A DNA stretch of 40,000 nt from an uncultured Clostridia bacterium (GCA_947589215.1 CANQCL010000009.1:13303-53302); one strand, 5' to 3'; shown: positions 17,612 through 25,873, numbered from the stretch's first letter. Notes: generated by a model from the letters alone, not told the origin. Program-made: numbers and translations.

Positions 17612-18352
17612 TTATTTAACTTTTATCCGGCTTAAAGTCTCACCGATTTTCTCATGTATGACCAGATCGGCACTGCTGTCCATATCCGTTTTATCACGGT
17701 TTATCAAAACAAGATATTTGCCTCTGAAATACCTTACCAAAGACGCCGCAGGATAAACCACCAAAGACGTACCTCCTATAATAAGCATATCAGACTTCTC
17801 AATATGTTCTATTGCGCCTATGACAGTGTTGTTGTCAAGACCTTCCTCATACAAAACTACATCAGGCTTAACTCGACCGCCGCATTGATTGCATACGGGA
17901 ATATCCGTGCTGTTTTTCATATAAAGAGCGTCAAAAAACTTATGGCACTGCTCGCAGTAGTTTCTGTGAACCGAGCCGTGAAGCTCGTATACCTTTTGGC
18001 TGCCTGCCGCCTGATGAAGGCCATCTATGTTCTGAGTTATAACGCAGGACAGCTTACCCTTTTCCTCCAGTTCAGCTAATTTTTTATGCGCTTGGTTAGG
18101 CTTTATATCGAGAGCAAGCATTTTTTCCTTGTAAAACTTGAAAAACTCCTTCGGCTTATTTTCATAAAATGTGTGCGAAAGCATTTGCTCAGGAGGATAA
18201 TCGTACTTCTGATTATACAATCCGTCAACGCTTCTGAAATCGGGTATTCCGCTTTCAGTCGACACGCCTGCTCCGCCAAAGAAAACTATTGATTTGCTTT
18301 CATCTATCATCTTTTGCAGAAGTTTTATCTTATCTGAAATAATTTCTTCCAT
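17612..18352 (-). CDS. cobB: NAD-dependent protein deacylase (Sir2/CobB)
   Basis: GAGVSTESGIPDFRS, TQNIDGLH, catalytic HG, and a zinc ribbon CEQC...CNQCGG. Confidence 0.88.
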   Translation of the reverse strand: MEEIISDKIKLLQKMIDESKSIVFFGGAGVSTESGIPDFRSVDGLYNQKYDYPPEQMLSHTFYENKPKEFFKFYKEKMLALDIKPNQAHKKLAELEEKGKLSCVITQNIDGLHQAAGSQKVYELHGSVHRNYCEQCHKFFDALYMKNSTDIPVCNQCGGRVKPDVVLYEEGLDNNTVIGAIEHIEKSDMLIIGGTSLVVYPAASLVRYFRGKYLVLINRDKTDMDSSADLVIHEKIGETLSRIKVK

Positions 18353-18396
18353 TATCCTATCTCCTTTACCTAATTACTTTTTATGTATCATAATCA

Positions 18397-19410
18397 TTAT
18401 TTATAACAGTCTGATATCTCCTTTAATCTTTTCTTAGCCGCTTTAACAATTCTCTCAGGACCTAAAACCTTCGCATTAGTACCAAACGTAAATAGCCAGC
18501 CCCAAAAGGTAGGGCTTATCTCAACGTCAACGTTTATACTGAATTTGTCTTTATTTTTCTTGTTGATAAGAACATTGCTCCCAAACCTGTCGATAACAAC
18601 ATTGATAAGCGAATTATCAAACTCTATCTCTACGTTTTCTCTGTCTCCCCCATACATATCGTAGGTAGCCTTTAGACTTTTTACGATCTCGTTTTCGTCA
18701 ACTGTCAGAGAACGTCTTTTGTCCTCGCATAACCTAACGTCTGATATCCTGTCAACTCTGTATCTGCAAAGCTTTTCATGCTTGTTACAGTAGCATATGA
18801 GATAGTACTTATCGTTTTCCCATATAAGCTGATAAGGCGAGACGCTGTAAAGCTCTCCGCCGTGTCTGAACTGCGCCTTTTTGTCTATGCTGTATTCATA
18901 GTATTTAAACTCTATCTGGTAATTTGAAAATATCGCTTCGTGAATTATATTTATATTGTAGTATATTCTCTCATTAAAGGTTTTTGTACGGTTGGCAACA
19001 TACACGTTTCGCCTTAAACCCTTAGCCTTATACTTAGAAGTCAACGTCTGAAGCTTGCCGATAAGCTCATCAGACTTCTTTTTTGTAAGAAAAACCGACG
19101 AAGCCACTGCGTCTGCAAGCACATAAAGCTCCTCGTCCTGAAAGGTTCTTGAACCTACATAGTATGCGTTTGCGTGCCCTCTTTTATCTGCCAGTATATC
19201 AAGACCGCTTTCCTGAAGCGAAGTTATATCATCATAAATAGTCTTTCGTTCAGCCTTTATACCATAAGTCTCAAGCTTTGATATAAGCTCCTTTCCGGTC
19301 AAAGAATGTGTCTCGTCAGTCTCATTAAGCAGAATTTTCTGTAAAATCAAAAGCTTTAACTTCTGTCTCGAATATCCTCCGTTTGATATTAGATTATAAT
19401 TCTTTTCCAT
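18397..19410 (-). CDS. WYL-domain transcriptional regulator (wHTH-WYL-WCX architecture)
   Basis: N-terminal wHTH (LTGKELISKLETYGIKAERKTIYDDITSLQESG) and a central WYL-like block (YQLIWENDKYYLICY...YRVDRI). The ORF-track start at 19437 is a TTG. ATG 19410 follows AAGGGAAG. Confidence 0.8.
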   Translation of the reverse strand: MEKNYNLISNGGYSRQKLKLLILQKILLNETDETHSLTGKELISKLETYGIKAERKTIYDDITSLQESGLDILADKRGHANAYYVGSRTFQDEELYVLADAVASSVFLTKKKSDELIGKLQTLTSKYKAKGLRRNVYVANRTKTFNERIYYNINIIHEAIFSNYQIEFKYYEYSIDKKAQFRHGGELYSVSPYQLIWENDKYYLICYCNKHEKLCRYRVDRISDVRLCEDKRRSLTVDENEIVKSLKATYDMYGGDRENVEIEFDNSLINVVIDRFGSNVLINKKNKDKFSINVDVEISPTFWGWLFTFGTNAKVLGPERIVKAAKKRLKEISDCYK

Positions 19411-19443
19411 AGATACTACTTCCCTTTTAGATTTCAATTTTAT

Positions 19444-19677
19444 TTAGTTTTTTGTAATATCTCCATTCTTTTCTCTCTTTAAATCTGATACCTTGACCTT
19501 CGTTCCGTCTGGTCGCAAAAGCTCGGTATGCTCAAGCTGCTCAGTGAGATTTCTTACATACCCACGACGGTACTCGTCTCTAAGTCTCTTTTGCTCGCTC
19601 AATTCTTCCTGTGTCAGCTTTCTCTGCTTTGAAAGCCTATAAAGCTGTGAAATTCTGTCGAGTTTTTCCTTTTCCAT
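19444..19677 (-). CDS. DUF896 (YnzC/UPF0291) family protein
   Basis: 77 aa. INELARKSK-like RISQLYRLSKQRKLTQEELSEQKRLRDEYRRGYVRNL pattern. 33 nt upstream of the WYL gene on the same strand. Confidence 0.8.
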   Translation of the reverse strand: MEKEKLDRISQLYRLSKQRKLTQEELSEQKRLRDEYRRGYVRNLTEQLEHTELLRPDGTKVKVSDLKREKNGDITKN

Positions 19678-19717
19678 TTAAACTAATTTACCTTTCTCAT
19701 TTTATATATTCTTTTTT

Positions 19718-19746
19718 ATTTTAGCACACCTTTTATTAAAACGCAA
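19718..19746 (-). promoter_or_regulatory. candidate promoter of the DUF896-WYL operon
   Basis: The minus strand reads TTGCGT (19746-19741), a 17-nt spacer, then TGcTAAAAT, an extended -10 (-10 at 19723-19718). Confidence 0.45.
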
Positions 19747-19816
19747 CCGCATTATCATTAATTGTCCAAAAAATTTCCCTAAAAATAATTTTATAAAAAA
19801 ACTTTTAGAAAATCTA

Positions 19817-19845
19817 TTGACAAAAATTAGTTTAAGATATATCAT
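19817..19845 (+). promoter_or_regulatory. candidate promoter upstream of the 78-aa ORF
   Basis: TTGACA (19817-19822), a 17-nt spacer, then TATCAT (19840-19845). Confidence 0.4.
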
Positions 19846-19856
19846 AAAATTGTAAA

Positions 19857-19870
19857 AGAACATTTGTTCT
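19857..19870. promoter_or_regulatory. LexA (Cheo-type) SOS box
   Basis: AGAACATTTGTTCT has the form GAAC-N4-GTTC with perfect arms. It lies 11 nt downstream of the putative -10 and 50 nt upstream of ATG 19921. Confidence 0.55.
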
Positions 19871-19920
19871 ATTTGATTTACAAAACAACCGGGTTGACAT
19901 TTTAGAAAGGACATAAAAGT

Positions 19921-20157
19921 ATGGAAAATTTATTCAGAGCTTATATTAAAACTGCCGACGCTTTAAAAAAGCAGAATGAACGTCTCAAAGAAAAAATCAA
20001 AAAAACAACTGATGTAGACGAAAAAAAGGCGCTTATAAAGCGTTCAGAAACCCTTTATTCAGAATATCTTGACGTTCTTTACAGTGCAAAAATGATTGAA
20101 AATTATTTCAAGCCAAAACCAAATGTAAGTATATCTCATAAAAAAGACATCGCTTAA
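19921..20157 (+). CDS. hypothetical K/E-rich coiled-coil protein (78 aa)
   Basis: ORF with GAAAGGA 9 nt upstream. I recognise no family. Confidence 0.5.
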   Translation: MENLFRAYIKTADALKKQNERLKEKIKKTTDVDEKKALIKRSETLYSEYLDVLYSAKMIENYFKPKPNVSISHKKDIA

Positions 20158-20192
20158 GCTGCTCATATCAAGAAAGGAAATTTACAATATAA

Positions 20193-20519
20193 ATGAAAAA
20201 GTATACGAATAAAAGGGTGCCTATTGAGTTTTTATATTGTGAGAAAAAAATAAGAACCGGAAAATACGCTTCAACATCAAACAAAGAGATAATTAAATTC
20301 CTGCGAGAGATAATAAACGATGATTTGACAAAAACTCAGAAACAATATATCATTATGTATTATATGAACAATATGAAAATTCACGAGATCGCTCAGGAAT
20401 TCGGAGTTAATAAATCCACTGTATCGAGAACTATCAAACGTGCTAAAAACAGAATTTACGAGCGGTTAAAATACACAAACTTCAGGAGCTTTATAGATGA
20501 TGAAGACGCCGATATATGA
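20193..20519 (+). CDS. sigma-70 region-4-type HTH protein (108 aa)
   Basis: LTKTQKQYIIMYYMNNMKIHEIAQEFGVNKSTVSRTIKRAKNRIYERL resembles sigma region 4.2 / YlxM-type HTH. No region 2 is present. Confidence 0.65.
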   Translation: MKKYTNKRVPIEFLYCEKKIRTGKYASTSNKEIIKFLREIINDDLTKTQKQYIIMYYMNNMKIHEIAQEFGVNKSTVSRTIKRAKNRIYERLKYTNFRSFIDDEDADI

Positions 20520-21882
20520 CTTCTTAACTGAATATAAAAACAAAGGCGGGATTAGGTTTCATATGCCGGGTCATAAAGGCAGAGGTCCAAACGAAATGAA
20601 AGCTGTTTCGCCGTATGATATAACTGAAATATCAGGCGCTGACTTTCTTTTTGACACATCAAATTACGGTATAATAAGCGAAAGCGAAAAAAACGCTTCA
20701 CAGCTTTTTAATTCGGCTCTTACATTATACTCAACAGAAGGCTCTACATTGGCAATCAAGACAATGCTTTTTCTCGCTGTTAAGGGTAAAAAGAGGAAAA
20801 TCCTTGCTGTGAGAAATGTACATAAAGCTTTTATTAACGCCTGCGCTTTAATTGATATTGATGTCGACTGGCTTTATACTGATAAGGCTCTTAATTCTGT
20901 ATGTACAATAAAGCTTACTTCAACTGACTTAGAGAAAGCTTTGTCAGCTTATAAAAAGGACGAGCTTCCAAGTGCTGTATACATCACCACCCCAGACTAT
21001 CTGGGAAATATGCTTGATGTGAAAAGTCTATCTGATGTATGCAAAAAATATGATATTCCTCTGCTTGTTGATAACGCTCATGGGGCGTATCTAAACTTTT
21101 TGACTGATAATTTACACCCTTTATCTCAAGGGGCAGATATGTGCTGTGATTCAGCGCATAAGACGCTTCCCTGCCTTACAGGAGGAGCATATCTGCATAT
21201 ATCTAATAAAGCAAAAGATGAATTCAAAAACAAAGCGGCGGTCAAAGAGGCTATGCAAATTTTTGCAACTACTTCCCCGTCCTACTTGATTTTAGAATCT
21301 CTCGATTTGTGCAACAGACTTTTAAGCGATAACAAGTATATCGACCGAATTAATAAACTCTGCAAAAGAGTTAAAAAGCTAAAGGCAGAGATAAAATCAA
21401 TAGGCTATTACGTAATTGATAAACCTAATACAGAACCGCTAAAGCTGGTTTTACTTACAAACGCACTAAACATTAACGGCAAAGAATTGCTTTGTCTTTT
21501 GGAAAAGCACAATATTTTCTGTGAATATGCAGATGAATCAGCCATAGTATTAATGATTTCGACCGAAAATAACGAAAATGATTTTAATGCTTTTTTGTAT
21601 GCGCTGAAAGATATTAAAAAAGAGGTAAATAATCAATCTTGTTTTTTTAAAGATGATTATATAACTATTTGGCCGGCAGAAAAGAAGATGTCAATCAGAG
21701 ACGCTTTATTCAGCAAATCGGAAACGATTTCTATTGAGAAAGCGCTGGGAAGAATATGCGCGTCTTCTGTATCAATTTGCCCGCCCTGTATTCCATTGGT
21801 AATAAGCGGAGAGGTCTTTGACCGAAACACTATAAATTTGCTCAAAAGGTATAGCATTTTTTCTGTTAATGTGGTACAATGA
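20497..21882 (+). CDS. PLP-dependent Orn/Lys/Arg decarboxylase family protein (YaaO-like)
   Basis: FHMPGHKGRG start and an SAHKTLP lysine-PLP motif, 461 aa. It sits upstream of holB-yaaT, as B. subtilis yaaO does. Confidence 0.8.
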   Translation: MMKTPIYDFLTEYKNKGGIRFHMPGHKGRGPNEMKAVSPYDITEISGADFLFDTSNYGIISESEKNASQLFNSALTLYSTEGSTLAIKTMLFLAVKGKKRKILAVRNVHKAFINACALIDIDVDWLYTDKALNSVCTIKLTSTDLEKALSAYKKDELPSAVYITTPDYLGNMLDVKSLSDVCKKYDIPLLVDNAHGAYLNFLTDNLHPLSQGADMCCDSAHKTLPCLTGGAYLHISNKAKDEFKNKAAVKEAMQIFATTSPSYLILESLDLCNRLLSDNKYIDRINKLCKRVKKLKAEIKSIGYYVIDKPNTEPLKLVLLTNALNINGKELLCLLEKHNIFCEYADESAIVLMISTENNENDFNAFLYALKDIKKEVNNQSCFFKDDYITIWPAEKKMSIRDALFSKSETISIEKALGRICASSVSICPPCIPLVISGEVFDRNTINLLKRYSIFSVNVVQ

Positions 21883-21947
21883 ACTACAAGAAGCAAGATA
21901 CCTTTTATCTTGTTTTTAAAAACCTAATTTATGAAAAGGTTATTCTT

Positions 21948-22931
21948 ATGGAGAATTTTTCATTTTATGAAAATAATATATTAAAGAACACGATAAGCTC
22001 AATGGTGGTTAAAAACAGGGTTGCAAATTCCTTACTTGTTTACGGAGAAAAGGGACTAGGCAAAAAAACTGCCGCTGATTATATTTCGGCTGCACTTCTT
22101 TGTGAAAAAGGCAATGGTATGCCTTGCGGAAAATGTAAATCTTGCAAAATGGTCTTACACAAAACGCATCCAGACGTCATCTACGCCGTACCAAGCGGCA
22201 AAAGCGGAAACTATAAAATAGACACTCTGCGTGAGATAGTTGAAAATGCGCCAATAATGCCGAATGAGGGCAAATATAAAATATATATTATTTCAGATAT
22301 GGACAACACACTTGTTCCGGCGCAAAACGCTCTGCTCAAGCTTATTGAAGAACCGCCCGACCATTGCGTAATTATACTGACAGCTCAGTCTCGCTCATCT
22401 CTTCTGCCGACCATTATTTCTAGAGTAGTGTCTCTTTCGGTACACGAAGTAAGCAGCGTCTCTTGCGAAAAAGCACTTGCACAATATGGTTACAAATCTG
22501 ATGATATAAAAAAATCTGTAGAAATTCTTGGCGGGAACATTGGAAAGTGCAAAAGCTATTTAGACGGAGAAAACATATTTGACGCTGTAAAAATAACCAA
22601 AAGCATAACAGACGCTATAATTGCCGCTGAGGAGTATCTGATTCTTAAAGAGTTCAGCGAGCTTATCGGAGACAAGCCTATGACATTGCTTGTTTTGGAG
22701 CTTCTCTGTGAGGTTATACGAGACGCAATGTCAGTAAATGCCGGATGTAATGAAAATATGCTGATAAGCACATATAAAAACGGTGCTGTAAAACTGGCAG
22801 AACATATATCAAAAGCTAAAGCAAGAAAAATATATCTTGTTATAACCAAATATATTGAAAGGATAAATTCAAACGGAAATCTTAGTCTTGCGATAAACTC
22901 ATTATGCTCGGAAATAAAGGAAGCTTTGTAA
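21948..22931 (+). CDS. holB: DNA polymerase III delta' subunit
   Basis: GEKGLGKKT P-loop variant, zinc module CGKCKSCK, and TIISRV (SRC-like). ATG 21948 follows AAAGG. The ORF-track start at 21879 overlaps the upstream gene. Confidence 0.85.
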   Translation: MENFSFYENNILKNTISSMVVKNRVANSLLVYGEKGLGKKTAADYISAALLCEKGNGMPCGKCKSCKMVLHKTHPDVIYAVPSGKSGNYKIDTLREIVENAPIMPNEGKYKIYIISDMDNTLVPAQNALLKLIEEPPDHCVIILTAQSRSSLLPTIISRVVSLSVHEVSSVSCEKALAQYGYKSDDIKKSVEILGGNIGKCKSYLDGENIFDAVKITKSITDAIIAAEEYLILKEFSELIGDKPMTLLVLELLCEVIRDAMSVNAGCNENMLISTYKNGAVKLAEHISKAKARKIYLVITKYIERINSNGNLSLAINSLCSEIKEAL

Positions 22932-22964
22932 AGAAGTTTGAAATTCAAATAACGGAGGAATAAT

Positions 22965-23828
22965 ATGGCTGAAATAATAGGCGTTCGCTTTAAACGCGTG
23001 GGGAAAGTATACTACTTTTCCCCTAACGGAGCTAAAATAGAGGTTGGAGAAAAGGTAATTGTTGAAACCTCACGTGGTATTGAATGCGGTGAGGTTGTAC
23101 TCGGCAACAAAGAAATAAAAGACAACGAGCTTAGTGTACCTCTTAAAGATATAATACGCGTTGCAACAGAAAAAGACCTCGATAAAATAGAACAGAATAA
23201 AAAGACTGAAGCGGAAGCATTTAAAATATGTGAAGAAAAAATATCAAATCACGGGCTGAATATGAAGCTCGTCGACGTTGAATGTACATTTGACAATAAC
23301 AAACTGCTTTTCTACTTCACATCTGAAAACAGGGTCGACTTCAGAGAGCTTGTAAAGGATCTGGCATCGGTTTTCAGAACAAGGATCGAACTGAGGCAAA
23401 TAGGTGTTCGTGATGAGGCTAAAATGCTCGGAGGGCTTGGTATCTGCGGCAGACCGTTTTGCTGCAAATCGTTCTTAGGAGATTTTCAGCCGGTATCAAT
23501 AAAAATGGCAAAGGATCAAAGCCTGTCATTAAATCCATCTAAGATTTCAGGAACCTGCGGAAGACTTATGTGCTGTTTAAAATACGAACAGGACGGCTAT
23601 GAGGAACTTATCAAAGGACTTCCTAAAATCGGTGCGTTTGTAGAAACTCCTGACGGAAAAGGAAATATTATCGATATAAATACTCTCACCGGGAAAATCA
23701 GAGTTAAAAATTCTGATACTGAGGCTGTAAACACTTACTCGAAAGATGATATCAAGGTTATAAAAGACGGAAGCAGTAAAGATGACAGCGAAGAATTAAA
23801 TGAACTGAAAGAGCTAGAGGATAAATAG
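22965..23828 (+). CDS. ricT: PSP1-domain protein YaaT/RicT (stage 0 sporulation / RNase Y regulator complex)
   Basis: PSP1 C-terminal block CGRPFCCKSFL...GTCGRLMCCLKYE. Conserved position after holB. Confidence 0.88.
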   Translation: MAEIIGVRFKRVGKVYYFSPNGAKIEVGEKVIVETSRGIECGEVVLGNKEIKDNELSVPLKDIIRVATEKDLDKIEQNKKTEAEAFKICEEKISNHGLNMKLVDVECTFDNNKLLFYFTSENRVDFRELVKDLASVFRTRIELRQIGVRDEAKMLGGLGICGRPFCCKSFLGDFQPVSIKMAKDQSLSLNPSKISGTCGRLMCCLKYEQDGYEELIKGLPKIGAFVETPDGKGNIIDINTLTGKIRVKNSDTEAVNTYSKDDIKVIKDGSSKDDSEELNELKELEDK

Positions 23829-23893
23829 AACCCACTTTTCAACAAGCAAAAGCACCTACCCAAATTCGGATAGGTGCTTTAATATTATCTTAA

Positions 23894-24535
23894 TTAATCA
23901 TCATAAACAGACTCAGATTCCCAAGATAAAATATTTCCAGTTTCGCTGTCGATTTCAAAATCATACTCCATATCTTTGTAAACTATAGAGCCTTCATAAA
24001 TCTGTCTGCCGTCGTCATACTCTGAGTGAATCCGAATATCTTTTTCGGTTGCTCCTTTTACTTTACTTAGCGCTGTTTTCTTTGCGTCGTTTAAAGACAC
24101 TTTTGCATTATTTTGCGCCGCTGAACCGAAATCATTATCTATGTCTGTATCCTTGCTGCGAATACTTCCGTCCTGAGCGGAAATCTCATACTCATACTCT
24201 TTATTGCCTGCGTAGAAGTCAACCTCGTACAAGGATATTCCGTCATCAATTTTCTGATTTATTCTTATTCCTGTAATATCAGATTCGGATACATTCGCAT
24301 CCTTTAAAGCTATTTTTTTAGCGTCATCTTCTGAAATTGAAGTATTTGCAGCATTTGTACTCTGCAAAGTTGTTGTGCTTTCAGATTGCTCTGTAACGCT
24401 TGTATCGGCAAGACTCTCCGACAGCTGAGTGGTATCACTTGATACATCAGATGAAGTTTTATCTTTTTCGCCGCACCCTGTCATAACTGCCATTATTGAC
24501 ATTAATACAGCCATAATTATAATTTTTGTTTTCAT
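23894..24535 (-). CDS. lipoprotein with two PepSY domains
   Basis: Lipobox MAVMTGC. Two DAKK.AL......E.DI.........DDG...YE..F.......E.EI.A..G.I repeats. Confidence 0.75.
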   Translation of the reverse strand: MKTKIIIMAVLMSIMAVMTGCGEKDKTSSDVSSDTTQLSESLADTSVTEQSESTTTLQSTNAANTSISEDDAKKIALKDANVSESDITGIRINQKIDDGISLYEVDFYAGNKEYEYEISAQDGSIRSKDTDIDNDFGSAAQNNAKVSLNDAKKTALSKVKGATEKDIRIHSEYDDGRQIYEGSIVYKDMEYDFEIDSETGNILSWESESVYDD

Positions 24536-24640
24536 TGTTCTGACCTCCGTAATTTTAAATTGCTTTTATTCTATCAATCTATTTTTAACATTTTTACAAT
24601 AAAATATGTATGATTTGTGATTTTGCTAAAAATTACTTAA

Positions 24641-24676
24641 CAAATATAAACCGGCACCGAGTTAGACGATGCCGGT
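24641..24676 (-). terminator. terminator after mazF
   Basis: On the minus strand, ACCGGCA-13 nt-TGCCGGT followed by TTTATATTTG. Confidence 0.5.
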
Positions 24677-24738
24677 ATATTTATATATAACCATCTATTT
24701 TTAATAAGTAAACATTATTTTGCGATATGATATATTTT

Positions 24739-25131
24739 TTAAGTTCTGCCGCCTAACCCGAAGGAAATCGACAACGCACTGTTCACAGCGGACATTGAAT
24801 TCGTATCAAGCTCGCCCATTCTCTCTTTTAGACGGGTTTTATCTATTGTTCTTATCTGTTCTAAAAGCACCACTGAGTTTTTAGCAAGACCGCAGCTTGA
24901 AGCGTTTACTGCAATATGAGTTGGCAGCTTTGCCTTATCCATTTTGCTTGTTATCGCCGCCGCTATAACGGTAGGGCTGTGCTTGTTCCCGACGTCGTTC
25001 TGTACAATAAGCACAGGTCTCATCCCCCCCTGCTCTGAGCCGACTACCGGGCTTAGATCTGCGTAATATATTTCTCCCCTGTGGATTCCGTTGTCATAAT
25101 AACCCGACACATATAACACTCCCATTTTCAT
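24739..25131 (-). CDS. mazF: type II toxin MazF/PemK family endoribonuclease (EndoA/NdoA-like)
   Basis: [42 protein letters not shown]...KAKLPTH.....[13 protein letters not shown] is nearly collinear with B. subtilis EndoA. The GGGAG SD favours GTG 25110 over ATG 25131. Confidence 0.88.
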   Translation of the reverse strand: MKMGVLYVSGYYDNGIHRGEIYYADLSPVVGSEQGGMRPVLIVQNDVGNKHSPTVIAAAITSKMDKAKLPTHIAVNASSCGLAKNSVVLLEQIRTIDKTRLKERMGELDTNSMSAVNSALSISFGLGGRT

Positions 25132-25329
25132 TTGATATTAGTGTTGACCGCACAAATAAGTTTTAAACACCTTTATATTAAAAAACGGGGAGCAAAAGGT
25201 GTGATAGTTTATTATATGACATTGTTCTTTATATTGTGATAAAAAATTTATTGAGTTGTTGTAATGCAGAATTTTATTTTCAACAGTTTTAAATGAAATT
25301 TTATCTTACGTCATTTACGCTTAAAACCC

Positions 25330-25358
25330 TTGCGTTTACTAACAAAATAGTGTATAAT
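25330..25358 (+). promoter_or_regulatory. candidate sigma-A promoter of the gatCAB operon
   Basis: TTGCGT (25330-25335), a 17-nt spacer, then TATAAT (25353-25358). Confidence 0.5.
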
Positions 25359-25364
25359 AAAATC

Positions 25365-25594
25365 TAAGTATTGGAAACTTGAGAAAAAGTTTTCGCTCAA
25401 GCCTTTTTCAAAAGGCTTGCGGGTCAAGGGCAGAGCCCTGTCGCCGACCGCAGTCGGCGAAATCCCCCTTACGTAGTGCGCTCCGCACAGGGTGAATTTA
25501 AAAATAGTCCAGTGGACTGTTTTTAAAGAGGGGCATGCCCTGCAAGAGAGGGCTGCCCCTAAAAACAGAAAAATTTCAGAAAGGACAAATCGTT
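25365..25594 (+). promoter_or_regulatory. structured GC-rich 5' leader of gatC (unclassified cis-regulatory RNA candidate)
   Basis: Seven consecutive hairpins in an AT-rich intergenic region: 25372-25393, 25398-25419 (10 bp perfect), 25427-25439, 25441-25460 (8 bp perfect), 25476-25488, 25500-25524 (an A5/U5-flanked terminator-like stem) and 25529-25560 (12 bp with one bulge). Confidence 0.5.
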
Positions 25595-25873
25595 ATGGAT
25601 TTAGAAATGGTAAAATACTTAGCAGAGCTTGGTAAACTTGATTTTACCGAAGATGAGCTTAAAAAGGCGTCAAGCGATATGACAAGCATTATTGAGCTTA
25701 TGGATAAGGTAAAGGAAATCGACGTCACCTATGACGCTCTTGCCGATAACAAGAATATATATTTAAACGACTTAAGAGAGGATTTCAATGAGCCCTCAAT
25801 GCCTACCGAAAAGGTAATTGCCAATGCTAAAAACAGAGATAACTGCTTTGTTGTTCCAAAGGTAGTGGAATAA
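25595..25873 (+). CDS. gatC: Asp-tRNA(Asn)/Glu-tRNA(Gln) amidotransferase subunit C
   Basis: MDLEMVKYLAELGKLDFTEDEL...VPKVVE, 92 aa. GAAAGGA lies ~10 nt upstream. The ORF-track start at 25535 lies inside leader hairpin 6. Confidence 0.88.
   Translation: MDLEMVKYLAELGKLDFTEDELKKASSDMTSIIELMDKVKEIDVTYDALADNKNIYLNDLREDFNEPSMPTEKVIANAKNRDNCFVVPKVVE

Noticed and set aside
17612-19410. Sir2-domain protein next to a WYL regulator as a possible Thoeris/DSR-like anti-phage module.
   Set aside because: The sirtuin is a compact 246-aa CobB type with the full deacylase motifs and zinc ribbon, and it has no effector or sensor fusion. Its neighbours are ruvX and housekeeping genes. No other defence genes are present.
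19702-19914. The 70-aa ORF on the minus strand in the divergent promoter region.
   Set aside because: It spans an AT-rich region holding two promoters and the LexA box, has an F/K/I-rich composition and no SD. It is most likely non-coding.
25365-25594. Calling the gatC leader a canonical Asn T-box riboswitch.
   Set aside because: The context fits, but I could not find the conserved T-box core (GGGTGGTACCGCG-like), an AG-bay/distal-loop pattern or a specifier loop presenting AAC. I reported it only as an unclassified structured leader.
25535-25594. The N-terminal extension of gatC from the ORF track (MPCKRGLPLKTEKFQKGQIV...).
   Set aside because: This ATG lies inside leader hairpin 6 and has no SD. 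GatC homologues start at MDLEMVKYLA.., and ATG 25595 has a GAAAGGA SD.
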